Of a DNA stretch of 64,000 nt, positions 32,190 through 52,282 are shown piece by piece. The notes below the pieces were generated by a model. That model saw only the letters and a program-made list of their open reading frames with translations, was not told where the DNA came from and did no database searches. The number at the start of each line of letters is the position of its first letter. Within the stretch, counting starts at the first letter, position 1. Origin of the DNA: the human T2T-CHM13v2.0 reference genome, Homo sapiens; assembly GCF_009914755.1 (NCBI RefSeq), contig NC_060938.1. The stretch is one strand, 5' to 3'. The position numbers and the translations under genes are program-made.

Positions 32190-33066
32190 TAAGTTCTTAA
32201 GCCCTTTTATACTTGGTCCTGTGATCCTGGGGTGGTGACTCTGTGGACCCCATTTTGACTTTATAAGCTGCTTTCTGTTGGGGTATACCAGTAGGGGGTT
32301 TAAAAGGGAGACTGGTAGGCCGGGTGAGAAAGGACTTGATTCTTTCCATGGGCTTGCAGCTTTCTTTCTGCCTTCTGTCTGTTCCTGTGAGCATCAGTCC
32401 TGCAACACTTCCTCACCAGGCAGGTAAAATTCCCTCCTATATATATATTTTGAGATTGAGTCTCCTCTGTAGCTCAAGCTGGGGTGCAGTGGTGTGATCT
32501 TGGCTCACTGCAACCTCTGCCTCCGCAGAAAATTCTTGTGCCTCAGCCTCCTGAGTAGCTGGGATTACAGGCATGGGGCACCACACCTGGCTAATTTTTT
32601 GTAGAGACGGGATTTTGCCATGTTGGCAAGGCTAGTCTTAAACTCCTGGCCTCAAGTGGTCCACCAGTCTTGGCCTCCCAAAGTGCTGGGATTATAGACA
32701 TGAGCCACTGTCCCTGGTCTCCTACTATAGTTTATCTAAAGCTAGTATGCAAATTTTCCAACACCCGAAGAAAAAAATTTATCATGTACAATCCCCTTTG
32801 TTCCCAACATGTGCACCAAGCAAGTGGCATCTCTTCTTCAGAGGTTTGGGTCCCCATGGGATCCTTCTTCCACATTTCTAAGTTTTAACAACCTCTTCCC
32901 TTGTTTCCCCAACTCTATCAGTGGTACCTATTTCTGTAAAGTTGCTCTATCTATGATTTCTTAGGGGGTCTCTTTTGTCCTCCAGTTTTCAGTTCTTTGT
33001 ATTAAATTCTTTCTGTCCAAATGGCTGATATGGTTTCTGCCTCTTTATTGAACCCAGACTAATAGA
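32190..33066 (+). mobile_element. Old ERVL-class LTR (LTR33/41-like), interrupted by an Alu
   Basis: 3' terminus 'attaaattctttctgtcc...ggtttctgcctc...gaacccagactaata'; the 5' boundary is uncertain. Confidence 0.45.
32448..32719 (-). mobile_element. AluJb-like
   Basis: 'aactcctggcctcaagtg' diagnostic; full dimer with small deletions. Confidence 0.88.
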
Positions 33067-35033
33067 ATTGTCATACTAATTTGTTAATTAGCAAGACAAT
33101 TTAGGGTCATATCTTAACTGTACATTCTGTCTAGTATTTACTATTTATACTGTTATCCATAATACTTAGTGAATAATGATGACATACACTAAAAATTAAT
33201 TAAAACACAGATATTATCTATAATAATAAAAACCAAGTTTAGCACTATGAAAAACTTACTACATTGCTTTTATTTTTATCATTTTATTTCATAGTGGTGA
33301 AAACTTCATCAGAACCTCACCAACCTGTGGTTCCATTTAGGAACTACCTAATTAATAAAAAGGATTAGGCTTTATGTTAAAATCTTTCACTTCAGCCAAG
33401 AATAGCAAGTTTAGTAATTGAATGGACATTTCTGAGCTCCAAATCAATCCAAGATTAAGCTCTGAATTTACTTTTGAAAGACAGAATATAAATGCCCATC
33501 ATAAAAATTCAGTTTGAGGTGGTTAATTTGAAAATTTCTGAGATCAGTGTTGTTCTTTTAGTATCTTTCTTCCCTATGGAACTTTTAAATTTAAGATAGA
33601 AATCTTCAGTTTAGAAATCAGGGGAAAATGGTGAATAGGAGGCAGGACTAACTTGCAGCTGCCACTTGGATAGACAAACAAGGTGTGGAGACTCACATCA
33701 TGAACTTTTATTCCAAGAACTAACACAGGAACATAGCAGAAAAACTGAAAGAATTCACAAACCCTTTGAAAGAAACAGCTTGCTGCTGCAAACTCCATGA
33801 GACAGCTGAAAAATTTTTCCCCAAAGTGTGAGAAGGTGAAAGTCAGCCTCTGTCCAGACACCCTCACTGGAGGCCTGAAAATCCAGATCATGAGAGAAGG
33901 ATTTAACTTTACCTAGAGCTGAAATGAATGTAGAGAGCTGAGCGAAACATAAAAGTAGAAGAAGCAGTGGGAAGAGCCCTGTAGGCACTCCCAGTCCCCA
34001 GAAAGGCCCAGGGAAGCCATTTCTGACTTTATCTCACAAGGGTCCTTGAGGAGGACTGCCAGTGGAATTTGGGGAGTGCCAGAGGGAGAAATAAACTTTC
34101 AGCTGAATGTTGTAATAATTTCAGCTGAGTGCAAATTTTCCAGGGCAGAATCTCAGGGTTGGGAAGGTGAATGGAAAGTGCAGGTATGAGCAAAGACACC
34201 ATGGTGGAGGAGGGGGTGAAGCCTGAAAGTCCTGGTTGTTCTCTCAGTGAGGAGACTTGTAGCCTGGGGCAAGTTCTCAGCCCTGCTCACTGGTTGCCTG
34301 GATATAAACTCGATGCTGTTGGGGGAGCATGGTGGGCATGAGATTGGTCTGTTTAGCTGCATGGGAGAGGGGTGAGGCCTGTCACTGCTGGCTTTCCCCC
34401 ACTTCCCTGGTGACCTAATATCCGGAATCTACAAGAAACTCAAATTAGCAAGAAAAAAAAAATCCCCTCAAAAAGTGGGCTAAAGACATTAATAGACAGA
34501 TCTCAAAAGAAGATATTTAAATGGCCAACAAACATATAAAAAATTGTCAACATCACTAATTATCAGGAAATGCAAATTAAAATTGCATTGTGATATCATC
34601 TTACTTCTGCAAGAATGGCCATAATAAAAAAAATAAAAAAAAATAGATGTTGAAATGGATGTTGTGAAAAGGGAACACTTTTACACTGTTAGTGGGAATG
34701 TAAGCTAGTACAACCACTATGGAAAACAGTGAGGAGATTCCTTATAGAACTAAAAGTAAGTCTACCATTTCATGCAGCAGTTTCACTGCTGAGTATCTAC
34801 CGAGAGCAAAAGAAGTCATTATACGAGAAAGATACTTGCACATGCATGTTTATAGCAACACAGTCTGCAGTTGCAAAAATATGGAACCAGATCAAATGCC
34901 CATCAATCAATGAATGTATAAAGAAAATGTGGTATATATATACTATATGGTATATATGTATTCCATGGAATACTACTCAGCCATAAAAAGGGACAAAATA
35001 ATGGAATGTATAAAGAAAATGTGATTTTATATA

Positions 35034-35048
35034 AATATATATATATAT

Positions 35049-35084
<36 letters not shown>

Positions 35085-35086
35085 AC
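35034..35086. repeat. (TA)n(CA)n compound microsatellite
   Basis: Seen directly, in the second copy of a tandem duplication. Confidence 0.9.
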
Positions 35087-35299
35087 CATGGAATACTACT
35101 CAGCCATAAAAAAGAACAAAATAATGGTATTCACGGCAACCTGGATGGAATTGGAGACCATTATTATAAGTGAAGTAGCTCTGGAATGGAAAACCAAACA
35201 TCGTATGTCCTCACTCATGAGTGGGATTTAAGCTCTGAGCACACAAAGGCATAAGAATGATACAGTGGACTTTGGGGATTCACTAGAGATTTATTAGGA

Positions 35300-35620
35300 T
35301 TTATTAGAGAAGTAAAGAAACGAAAGAATGAGCTGCTTAAATCAAAGCCAAAATGCATTTCCTATTTACCAAAGAATCCAGTTAAAAGTAGTATTTAAAG
35401 AATAAATTCCCTGAAGATGTAACAACCTAAGATTTTATCCTCAAATGAGAATAAATTACCACTTTCTGGTAATTTCAAATCATCCTTTCTTCATTCAGTT
35501 TCTTCCTCCCTCTTTTTTTCTTCCATTGGGGTATTTTCTTGAAGAAACTGTAGCCAATTCTGGTTAGTCTAAGTCAAAACATAAACTTATTAATAGAATA
35601 CAGAGATAATTAACAGAATT
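35300..35620 (-). repeat. Inverted copy of 39169-39503
   Basis: Reverse-complement alignment by eye; 35512-35620 appears identical to 39169-39277. Confidence 0.95.
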
Positions 35621-36453
35621 GAATGTTGAAATAGATGTTGTGAAAAGGGAACACTTTCACATTGTTGGTGGGAATGTAAGCTAGTACAACCACTATGGAA
35701 AACAGTGAGGAGATTCCTTATAGAACTAAAAATAGATCTACCATCCAGGAGAAAGTGTTAGAGGGTGGTGAGGGATGAAAAAACCACACATTGCATACAG
35801 TGTATATTGCTTGGGTGATGGGTGCACCAAAATCTCAGAAGTCACCACTAAAGAACTGATTCATGTAACCAAACACCACCTGTTCCCTAAAAACCTATTG
35901 AAATAAAAAAAAGGCTATGTTCACTAAAAAATTAGATTGAATTAATTATGTGTAGCCAAAGAAGGTTAGTCTATATTCCTATCTCCATATTGAATAAAAG
36001 AATTTAAAAAGAATAAATTAATGAAATAAAAAACACTTCTATTTCTTTGAGGTTTCTATCATCTTTGTTTAACTCATCTCACAGTGCAGCACAGTGTATT
36101 TTCATTAAATCATGTGCACCTGTTCTTTTCTCCCCCACACCACTTTTTTTTTAGCATACACTTTAGTGATCCAGAGCATCTTATCTTTTATATTCTGTAT
36201 CCATAAACTTCTGTTTGTCTTTAAACTTTCAAAATAAGAACGCTTAACTTTTAAAGTCTAAATTATATGGTCTTAAGAGTTGATCTAGTTCAGACATGGT
36301 CTCATAATAACTTAATTTACGGAAGAGGAATTACTGTTTTAGATTAACACCAATATTTAAGTTTATATGGTGATGGTGACAGGGCCAGCAACGACTTTAT
36401 TTTGTTCTCTCTGTAGGAACCATTTTCTGGGTAGACATGAATACTTTAAAAAC

Positions 36454-38306
<1,853 letters not shown>

Positions 38307-38806
38307 CTAATCCAATGATTATAAATTCTTTTTTGGCAAACATAGATTCAGGTTTAGGGGAATAATACAAACCTAAAACATACTTAAGCTAAATGATTTC
38401 AAATTATTCAATCCATCCTTCCAATTATGGTGGTGTGTCATTTTACTAAAGCATGGTAATGTTGACTTTTCTTTATAAATGATATAGATAGTGCTTTAAA
38501 ATTTTTATTATTTGTTGGAGGTTATCACTTTGAATTATTTTTATTTCATCTAATTTGTTTTCTCTGAACTTTAATTTTATCTTTCAGCCTAAGTCTAGCA
38601 ATATACCAGATTGTGGTTGCCTCAAATATGATTTTTTAATATATTGATTTTAGCTATTTTCTTTTAGTCATTCTAAAATCTTTTTAGCATTTGCCAGAAA
38701 AACTCATGAATGATCCTTAGTGATCAGAAAAGACACAGGAGTTCAGAACATTGCATCAATTTACAACAAATAAATGAGCAAAGATGATTAAGTTTATGAT
38801 GATACC

Positions 38807-39270
38807 TGTAGTAGATACCTTGTATGATCACTGTTTAACTCAAAGGAATTGCCCATTACCTGGAATAATCTCCAACATGGTCAGTGTGCATCCATTGACC
38901 ACATCTATACAGTGACCTTCTGTAAGTTAGTTTCTGTGTGTAACAAACTTGTCTAAGAGGGCATACCTTATCCAACCTAGGTCAATTAGATTATTTCTCC
39001 AAAGAATTTAAAACTTGGAATTGAGACATACAGAAACTAGAAGTTTTGGGGATCTGGTCACATCAATGGCAGTGCTCTTCAATAAAGTCCATGAACTCCT
39101 GTTTTTGAGATCTCCAGAGTTGCGGTTGTTCTTTCCAATCCTGGGTATTATGTTTTCAATTTTTCTTTAATTCTGTTAATTATCTCTGTATTCTATTAAT
39201 AAGTTTATGTTTTGACTTAGACTAACCAGAATTGGCTACAGTTTCTTCAAGAAAATACCCCAATGGAAGA
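38807..39270 (+). mobile_element. Old ERVL-class LTR relic (LTR16/LTR40-like)
   Basis: Starts 'tgtagtagatac'; 3' end 'gacttagactaaccagaattgg'. Confidence 0.4.
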
Positions 39271-39578
39271 AAAAAAGGTGGAGGGAGAAACTGAATGAAG
39301 AAAGGATGATTTGAAATTACCAGAAAGTGGAACGTGGAAAAAACAGAGTAAAACTAGTTTGAGAATAAAATCTTAGGTTGTAACATCTTCTGGGAATTTA
39401 TTCTTTAAATATTGCTTTTAACTGGATTCTTTGGTAAATAGTAAATGCATTTTGGTTTTGATTTAAGCAGCTCATTCTTTTGTTTCTTCACTTCTCCAAT
39501 AAACTTGCTCTCACTTAAAAAATGCCTTGTAGAACAACTCATGATAATTATTACTGTTGGGAAATAGGAGAAACATAT

Positions 39579-39621
39579 TGTATTAGTCAGAATTTTACAG
39601 AGAAACAGAACCAATAGGAGA

Positions 39622-39667
<46 letters not shown>

Positions 39668-40159
39668 CCTATCTATCATCTATCTAAATATATGACTATA
39701 GATATAGATGAGGGGATTTATTATAGGAAGTGGCTCATATGGTTACGGAGGCTAAGAAGTGCCATGGCCTGCTATCTGCAAACTGGAGAACCATAAATTC
39801 TGGTGGTGTGATTCAGTGCAAGTCAAAAAAGGCCTGAGAATCAGAGGGCTGTTGGGTATAAATCCAAAAGCCCAAAAACCACTTGTGTCAATGTCCAAAG
39901 GTAGGAGAAAATGAATATCTCAGCTCAAGCAGAGAAAGTAAACTTGCCCTTCCTCTGCCTTTTTGTTCTATTCAGGCCCTCAATGGATTGAATGATGCCC
40001 ACAGATATTTGTGAGAGCAGATCTTCCTTACTCAGTCTACTGATTTAAATGCTAATCTCTTCTAGAAACAGTCTCATACTTGTACCCAGAAATAATATTT
40101 AGCAGCTCTCTAGATATCCCTTAGCCTAGTCAAGTTGACACACAAAAGTAACCATCACA
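39579..40159 (-). mobile_element. MLT2-type (ERVL) solo LTR
   Basis: 'tgtattagtcag...agagaaacagaaccaatagg' to 'caagttgacacac...aaccatcaca'; TSD catat/gatat. Confidence 0.88.
39622..39685. repeat. (TATC)n / GATA tetranucleotide STR
   Basis: About 11 uninterrupted tatc units followed by interrupted units. Confidence 0.95.
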
Positions 40160-41406
40160 GATATTTTATTTGGCAATTGTATTAAAATTAAACAATTTTA
40201 TATCCTCCCAAAAAGGAGAGGAATAACTGTAGTGACTTTCTGTGTTTCAGAGTATTGAGAATCTATACTTAAGGAAATGGCTCTTATTTGTAGGAAATAG
40301 TTTGCTATATTTGATCTTAAAACACCTAGCTTTGCAAACTGTTAAACCCAAACACTGTTGTCTCAATCCGAAAATGTGGAACAGTAACTCACATTGGTAA
40401 ATTTTGGTTACACATGTCATTAAGGTAGTTACTTACCTTTATGTGTCTGTTCATTTATCCTACTGATGTTTATTACATAGCTATTATTTGTTAGACTCTA
40501 TACTAGTGCCTGGGTTTCAGTACTTAAGAAAATAGACAAAATCTCTACTCTTGAGATGTTTATAGTCTAGTTTTAGAATGGGCACTTTTTGGGGTTGTTA
40601 ATCAACTTTCTTTTTTAATCAATTTGATGTCCATTCAGATTGTATAAATTGAGACCCTGTAGGGAACTGTTTGAGTATGGGGTTGGGGGGATTGATGGAG
40701 GACAACAAAATGTTCACTATATAGACATCAAAAATTATTTAAAATATTCATAATTTTGTTCATTGATGTGGAACAGTGTTCATATTTTGATTCTGGTTAA
40801 AAATGAAATTAATATGGCAAATTGAGAAGACTGGGAAATTTGTGAATATATATGCATATTTATAGATGCAAAAATAAATATATATTTGCCACACACATAC
40901 ATATACACATGCACAAATACTGTGTAAATATTCTTAATTAGCTATTTTGCCAGATCTGGCCCCAGTGCTTATTTAACTATCCCCAGGAATTTTAGCATAT
41001 AGAAGATATTTTAAACTACACAAAATAAACAGAAGCATAGTTTATCACTTTTATAAGTTAATTGCAATATTGATATGTAATTAACTCTAATGAATTCAAC
41101 AGTCATAAATCATTCAATTGATTTTTAAAACCAATCATTGTCCCACTTAACTAATTGCTGATGGTCATTTGCATTTCATAAATGTTACTACTGTCTGTGA
41201 ATGTACCCATGTTGTGCTAATGCTAGTTTTATCTGTGAACTGAGATTGGAAGTTATAGCACTGGTTTTGGTCCTTGGGCCTGAATTATTTTTGAAAATAC
41301 TAAGATTGGTTACCTAGACAAGTTTTCTCTTCTGAAAACTGCATTTTCTTACTAACTTAGTAGACAAATCCAAATTTTGCTATCAATTAGCAGAAGTTTT
41401 TAAGCG

Positions 41407-41720
41407 CAGTTCTCAAAGTAGTTCTCTTTTTCAGCAAGTCTGCAAGGTCAAAAATGTTGCATATTAATACTCAGAATAATTTTTCACTTTTCACCTCCAG
41501 AGACTACATAAAGTGATGACATTATGGCTCTTATGTTAATATGTTGAGTTTATTATGATTTTTAAATAAATGAATGAATACATATGTAGATATTTTCTCA
41601 GTTTTAATGTCTAATGTGATAATGAGTGATAGGATGCACATAAGCAAAATCTCCTTGGGATCTTCCATAATTTTGAAGATGATAAAGGGATCCTGAGATC
41701 AGGAAACTTGAGTATTAGTG
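41407..41720. mobile_element. hAT/Charlie-type DNA transposon relic
   Basis: Terminal motifs 'cagttctcaaagt' and 'gggatcctgagatcaggaaacttgag'. Confidence 0.45.
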
Positions 41721-41890
41721 GCTTAGGGTAATGTAAACAGTTATTTCAGGAAGTTAGTGTTCACAGTATAAAATTCCAAATGCACTCATTTGGATATTTA
41801 TGCATTTTTTCTGTGTCTTATATAGTTGCCACAGTGTGTCATATAAGCTAAGTAATAAAATGTTGTCTAAAGTGTTTTTAAAAAGTTTGC

Positions 41891-42232
41891 AGAATGATGG
41901 TTACCAGAGGCTGGGAAGAGTAGTGGGTGGAGGTGGGGACACACGGGGATAGTTAATGGGTTCAAAAATATAGTTAGATAGAATGAATGAAACCTAGTAT
42001 TTGGTAGCATAACAGAGTGACTACAGTCAACAATAATTTGTTATACATTTAAAAATAACTAAAAGAGTATAATTGGAATGTTTGTAATACAAATAAATGA
42101 TAAATGTGTGAGGTGATGGATACCCATTTTTCCTGATGTGATTATCACATCCTGTATGCCTACATCAAAATACCTCATGTATCCTATAAACATTTATATC
42201 TACTATGTACCCACAAAGATTAAAAATTTTTT
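41891..42232 (+). mobile_element. L1MA 3' end fragment
   Basis: 'agaatgatggttaccagaggctgggaag...tactatgtacccacaaagattaaaaa'. Confidence 0.85.
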
Positions 42233-42491
42233 TAAATTTACACTTTTTAAGTTGCGATAAAATATACATATAAAATTTACTTGGAAGTCCTAGCCAGAGA
42301 AATCAGGCAAGAGAAAGAAATAAAAGGCATCCAAATGGGAAAAGAAGAAGTCAAACTATCTCTCTTTGCTGACAGTATGATTTTATACCTAGAAAACCCT
42401 AAAGACTCCACCAAAAAGCTCCTGGAACTGACAAATAACTTCAGTAAAGTTTCAGGATACAAAATCAATGTACAAAAATCAGTAGTATTTC

Positions 42492-44188
<1,697 letters not shown>

Positions 44189-44870
44189 TCAAGCTGAGAG
44201 TCAAATTGAGAATGTTATTACATTTACAAAAACTGAAAAAAAATTAAAATACCTAGAAATATATCTAACTAAGGAAATGAAAAAATCTTTACAAAGAGAA
44301 CTATAAAACGCTGTTGAAAAAAACCAGAGATGACGCAAACAAGTGGAAAAACATTCCATGTTCGTGGACTTGAAGAATCAATACTGTAAAAAAAGGCCAT
44401 TCTGCCCAATGCAATCTACAGATTCACTGCTATCCCTATCAAACTACCAATGTCATTTTTCACAGAATTAGAAAAAAATGATTCTAAAAGTCATATGGAA
44501 CCAAAAAAGAGCCCAATTCACCAAAACAATCCTAAACCAAAAGAATAAAGCTGGGGACATCACATTACCCAATTTTACAATATTATAAGGCTACAGTAAC
44601 CAAAATAACGTATTACTGGTACAAAGACAGACTCACAGACCAATGAAACAGGATAGAGAATCCAAAATTAAGCCACACACCTATACAGTCACCAGATCTT
44701 CGACAAAACCAACAAAAATAAGCAATGGGGAAAGAAATCCTTATTCAATAAATGGCGGGATAGCTGACTAGCCACAGGCTGAAGAGTGAAACTGGACCTT
44801 TACCTTTCACCATATACAAGATGGATTAAAGATTTAAATGTAGACCTAAAGCTATAAGAATCCTAGCAGA

Positions 44871-45062
44871 GTCTCTAATAAAAATACAAAAAATTAGCTG
44901 GGTGTGGTGGTGGGATCCTGTGGTTCCAGCTACTTGGGAGGCTGAGGCAGGAGGATGCCTCAGGTTCATGCGAACCTGGGAGGCAGAGCTTGCAGTGAGA
45001 TCGTGCCACTGCACTCCAGCCTGGGCGACAGAGTGAGACTCTGTCTCAAAAAAGAAAAAAAA
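44871..45062 (+). mobile_element. 5'-truncated AluY-like right arm
   Basis: 'ggaggcagagcttgcagtgag'; approximate TSD aatcctagcaga/aatcctggaaga. Confidence 0.85.
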
Positions 45063-47378
45063 TCCTGGAAGAAAACTTAGGAAACACCATTGTGGACATT
45101 GGCGGCCTGAGAAAGAATTTACGACTAAGTCCTCAAAAGCAATCTCAATTAAAACAAAAATTGACAAATGGGACCTAATTAAACTGAAGAGCTTCTGCAC
45201 AATAAAATAAACTTATCAACAGAATAAACAGACAACCTACAGAATGGGAGAAAATATTTGCATACTATACATTTGACAAAGGTGTAATATCCAGAATCTG
45301 TGAGGAACTAAAACAATTCAATAAAGACAAATAACCCTATTAAAAAGTAGGCAAAAGACATGAACAGATACTTTTCAAAAGAAGGCATACAAGTGGCTAA
45401 CAAACATATGAAAAGATGCTCAATATCATTAATCATCATAGAAAGGCAAATCAGAAGCACCATGAGATACCATTTTACACCAATTGGAATGGCTGTTAGT
45501 CAAAACAAACAAACAAACAAACATGGTGGTGGGACTGCAGAGAAAAAAGAATGCTTATACACTGCCGGTGGGGATGTAAATTAGTTCGGCCATTCAGTTT
45601 AGAGATTTCTCAAAGAATTTAAAACAACTACCATCTGACTCAGCAATCCTATCACAGGCTATATATCCAAAAGAAAACAAATAATTCTGCCAAAGAGACA
45701 CGGGCATGCACATATTCATTGCAGCATTATTTACAATAGCAAAGATATGGAATCAACCTAGGTGCCCATCAATGGTGGATTGGATAAAGAAAATGTAGTA
45801 CATATGCACCGTGGAATACTACACAGCCATAAAAATGAAATCATATCCTTTGCAACAACATGGATGCAACTAGGAGCCATTATCCTAGGCAAATTATGCA
45901 GGAACAGAAATTCAAATACTGTAAGTTCACACTTATAAGTGAGAGCTAAATATTGGGTACTCATGGATATAAAGATGGCAACAGTAGACACTGGGGGCTA
46001 GTAGATGAGGGAGGAAAGGAGAAGGGAAAGAATTGAAAAACTGTTAGGTATCATGCTCAGTACCTGGGTTATGGGATTATTTGTATCACAAACTTCAGCA
46101 TCAAGCAATATGCCCACGTAACAAACCAGCACATGTACCTCCTCAATCTAAAGTAAAAATTGAAATTATAAAAAACAATAAATAAAAACTATCAATTGTT
46201 TTACACATAAAATATTTTCCATCTTTACCACTTTTAAGTGTATAGCTCATTGGAAATAAATACCTTTATATAAACATAAAATTTTCCCTTATTCCTCTCC
46301 CCTACATTTTCTGACCTCTGGTAATGATCATTCTACTCTCTGTTTTTATGAGATCCACTTCTTTAGCTCCTACATATGAGTGAGAAGATGGGATATTTGT
46401 CTCTCTGTTCTTGGCTTATTTCACTTAACATAATGGTTCCATCCGTGATACTGCAGATGACAGGATTTCATTATTTCTCATGTCTAAACAACATTCCATT
46501 GTGTATATATACACCACATTTTCTTTATCGATTTGTATGTTGATGGGCACTTAGGTTGACTTCATATTTTGGGTATTGTGAATAATGCTGCAACAAATAT
46601 GGGAGTGCACATATCCCTTTGATATATTGATTTCCTTTCTTTTGGATATGTTCCAAGTAGTAGAATTGTTGGATCATATAGTAGTTCTATTTTTAGTCTT
46701 TTGAGGAACCTCCACAATGTTCTCCATAATGGATGTACTAATTTACATTCCTACCAACAGTTGGACGAGGGTTCCTCTTTCTCCACATTGTTGCCAGCAT
46801 CTGTTATTGCCTGTCTTTTTGATATAAGCCATTTTAACCGGGGTAAGATGATATCTCATTGTGGTTTTGATTTGCATTTCTCTGATGATTAGTGATATTG
46901 GGCACTTTTTTCATATACCTGTTGGCCATTTGCATGTCTTCTTTTGAGAATTGTCTATTCAGATCTTTTGCCCATTTTTGGTTGGATTATTTGTTTTTTT
47001 TAATTGCTATTGAGTTGTTTGAGATCCTTATATATTCTGGTTATTAATCTTTTGCCAGACAGATAGTTTGCAAATTTTTTTTCCATTCTATGTGTCGTCT
47101 CTTCACCTTGTTCTTACCCTTGTGGCATGGAAGCTTTGTAACTTTTATTTATTTATTTATTTATTTTTTTATTATTATACTTTAAGTTTTAGGGTACATG
47201 TGCACATTGTGCAGGTTAGTAACATACGTATACATGTGCCATGCTGGTGTGCTGCACCCACTAACTCGTCATCTAGCATTAGGTATATCTCCCAATGCTA
47301 TCCCTCCCCCCTCCCCCCACCCCACAACAGTCCCCAGAGTGTGATGTTCCCCTTCCTGTGTCCATGTGATCTCATTGT

Positions 47379-51203
<3,825 letters not shown>

Positions 51204-51331
51204 TATGATGTTAGCTGGTTATTTTGCTCGTTAGTTGATGCAGTTTCTTCCTAGTCTCGATGGTCGTTACATTTTGGCATGATTTTGCAGCGGCTGGTAC
51301 TGGTTGTTCCTTTCCATGTTTACTGCTTCCT

Positions 51332-52282
51332 TCAGGAGCTCTTTTCGGGCAGGCCTGGTGGTGACAAATCTCTCAGCATTTGCTTGTCTGTAAAGTATTT
51401 TATTTCTCCTTCACTTATGAAGCTTAGTTTGGCTGGATATGAAATTCTGGGTTGATAATTCTTTTCTTTAAGAAGGTTGAATATTGGCCCCCACTCTCTT
51501 CTGGCTTGTAGGGTTTCTGCCGAGAGATCTGCTGTTAGTCTGATGGGCTTCCCTTTGAGGGTAACCCGACCTTTCTCTCTGGCTGCCCTTAACATTTTTT
51601 CCTTCATTTCAACTTTGGTGAATCTGACAATTATGTGTCTTGGAGTTGCTCTTCTCGAGGAGTATCTTCGTGGCGTTCTCTGTATTTCCTGAATCTGAAC
51701 TTTGGCCTGCCTTGCTAGATTGGGGAAATTCTCCTGGATAATATCCTGCAGAGTGTTTTCCAACTTGGTTCCATTCTCCACATCACTTTCAGGTACACCA
51801 ATCAGACGTAGATTTGGTCTTTTCACATAGTCCCATATTTCTTGGAGGCTTTGTTCGTTTCTTTTTATTCTTTTTTCTCTAAACTTTCCTTCTCGCTTCA
51901 TTTCATTCATTTCATCTTCCATTGCTGATACCCTTTCTTCCAGTTGATTGCATTGGCTCCTGAGGCTTCTGCATTCTTCACGTAGTTCTCGAGCCTTGGT
52001 TTTCAGCTCCATCAGCTCCTTTAAGCACTTCTCTGTATTGGTTATTCTAGTTATACATTCTTCTAAATTTTTTTCAAAGTTTTCAACTTCTTTGCCTTTG
52101 ATTTGAATGTCCTCCCGTAGCTCAGAGTAGTTTGATCGGCTGAAGCCTTCTTCTCTCAGCTCGTCAAAGTCATTCTCCGTCCAGCTTTTTTCCGTTGCTG
52201 GTGAGGAGCTGCATTCCTTTGGAGGAGGAGAGGTGCTCTGATTTTTAGAGTTTCCAGTTTTTCTGTTCTGTTTTTTCCCCAT
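51332..52282 (-). pseudogene. L1 ORF1p, frameshifted near the C-terminus (316 aa vs canonical 338 aa)
   Basis: MGKKQNRKTGNSK...FTDKQMLRD then the out-of-frame LSPPGLPEKSS. Confidence 0.95.

Larger units (their letters stand above)
33612..35912 (+). mobile_element. L1PB element: 5'UTR (33612-34415) fused directly to the 3' end; carries a tandem duplication and a complex templated insertion
   Basis: L1PBa-type 5' end 'ggggaaaatggtgaataggaggcaggactaacttgcagct'; jump to 'ctaatatccggaatctacaag'; L1PB 3'UTR and tail at ~35900. Confidence 0.85.

Noticed and set aside
35913-36035. Possible 3' transduction after the L1PB tail (unique ~80 bp, AATAAA, second A-rich run)
   Set aside because: No convincing TSD pairing with the 5' flank at ~33600; A-rich sequence is common here
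36396-36416. Splice-acceptor-like 'tttattttgttctctctgtag' just upstream of L1 copy A
   Set aside because: No good downstream donor or other support; such motifs occur often by chance
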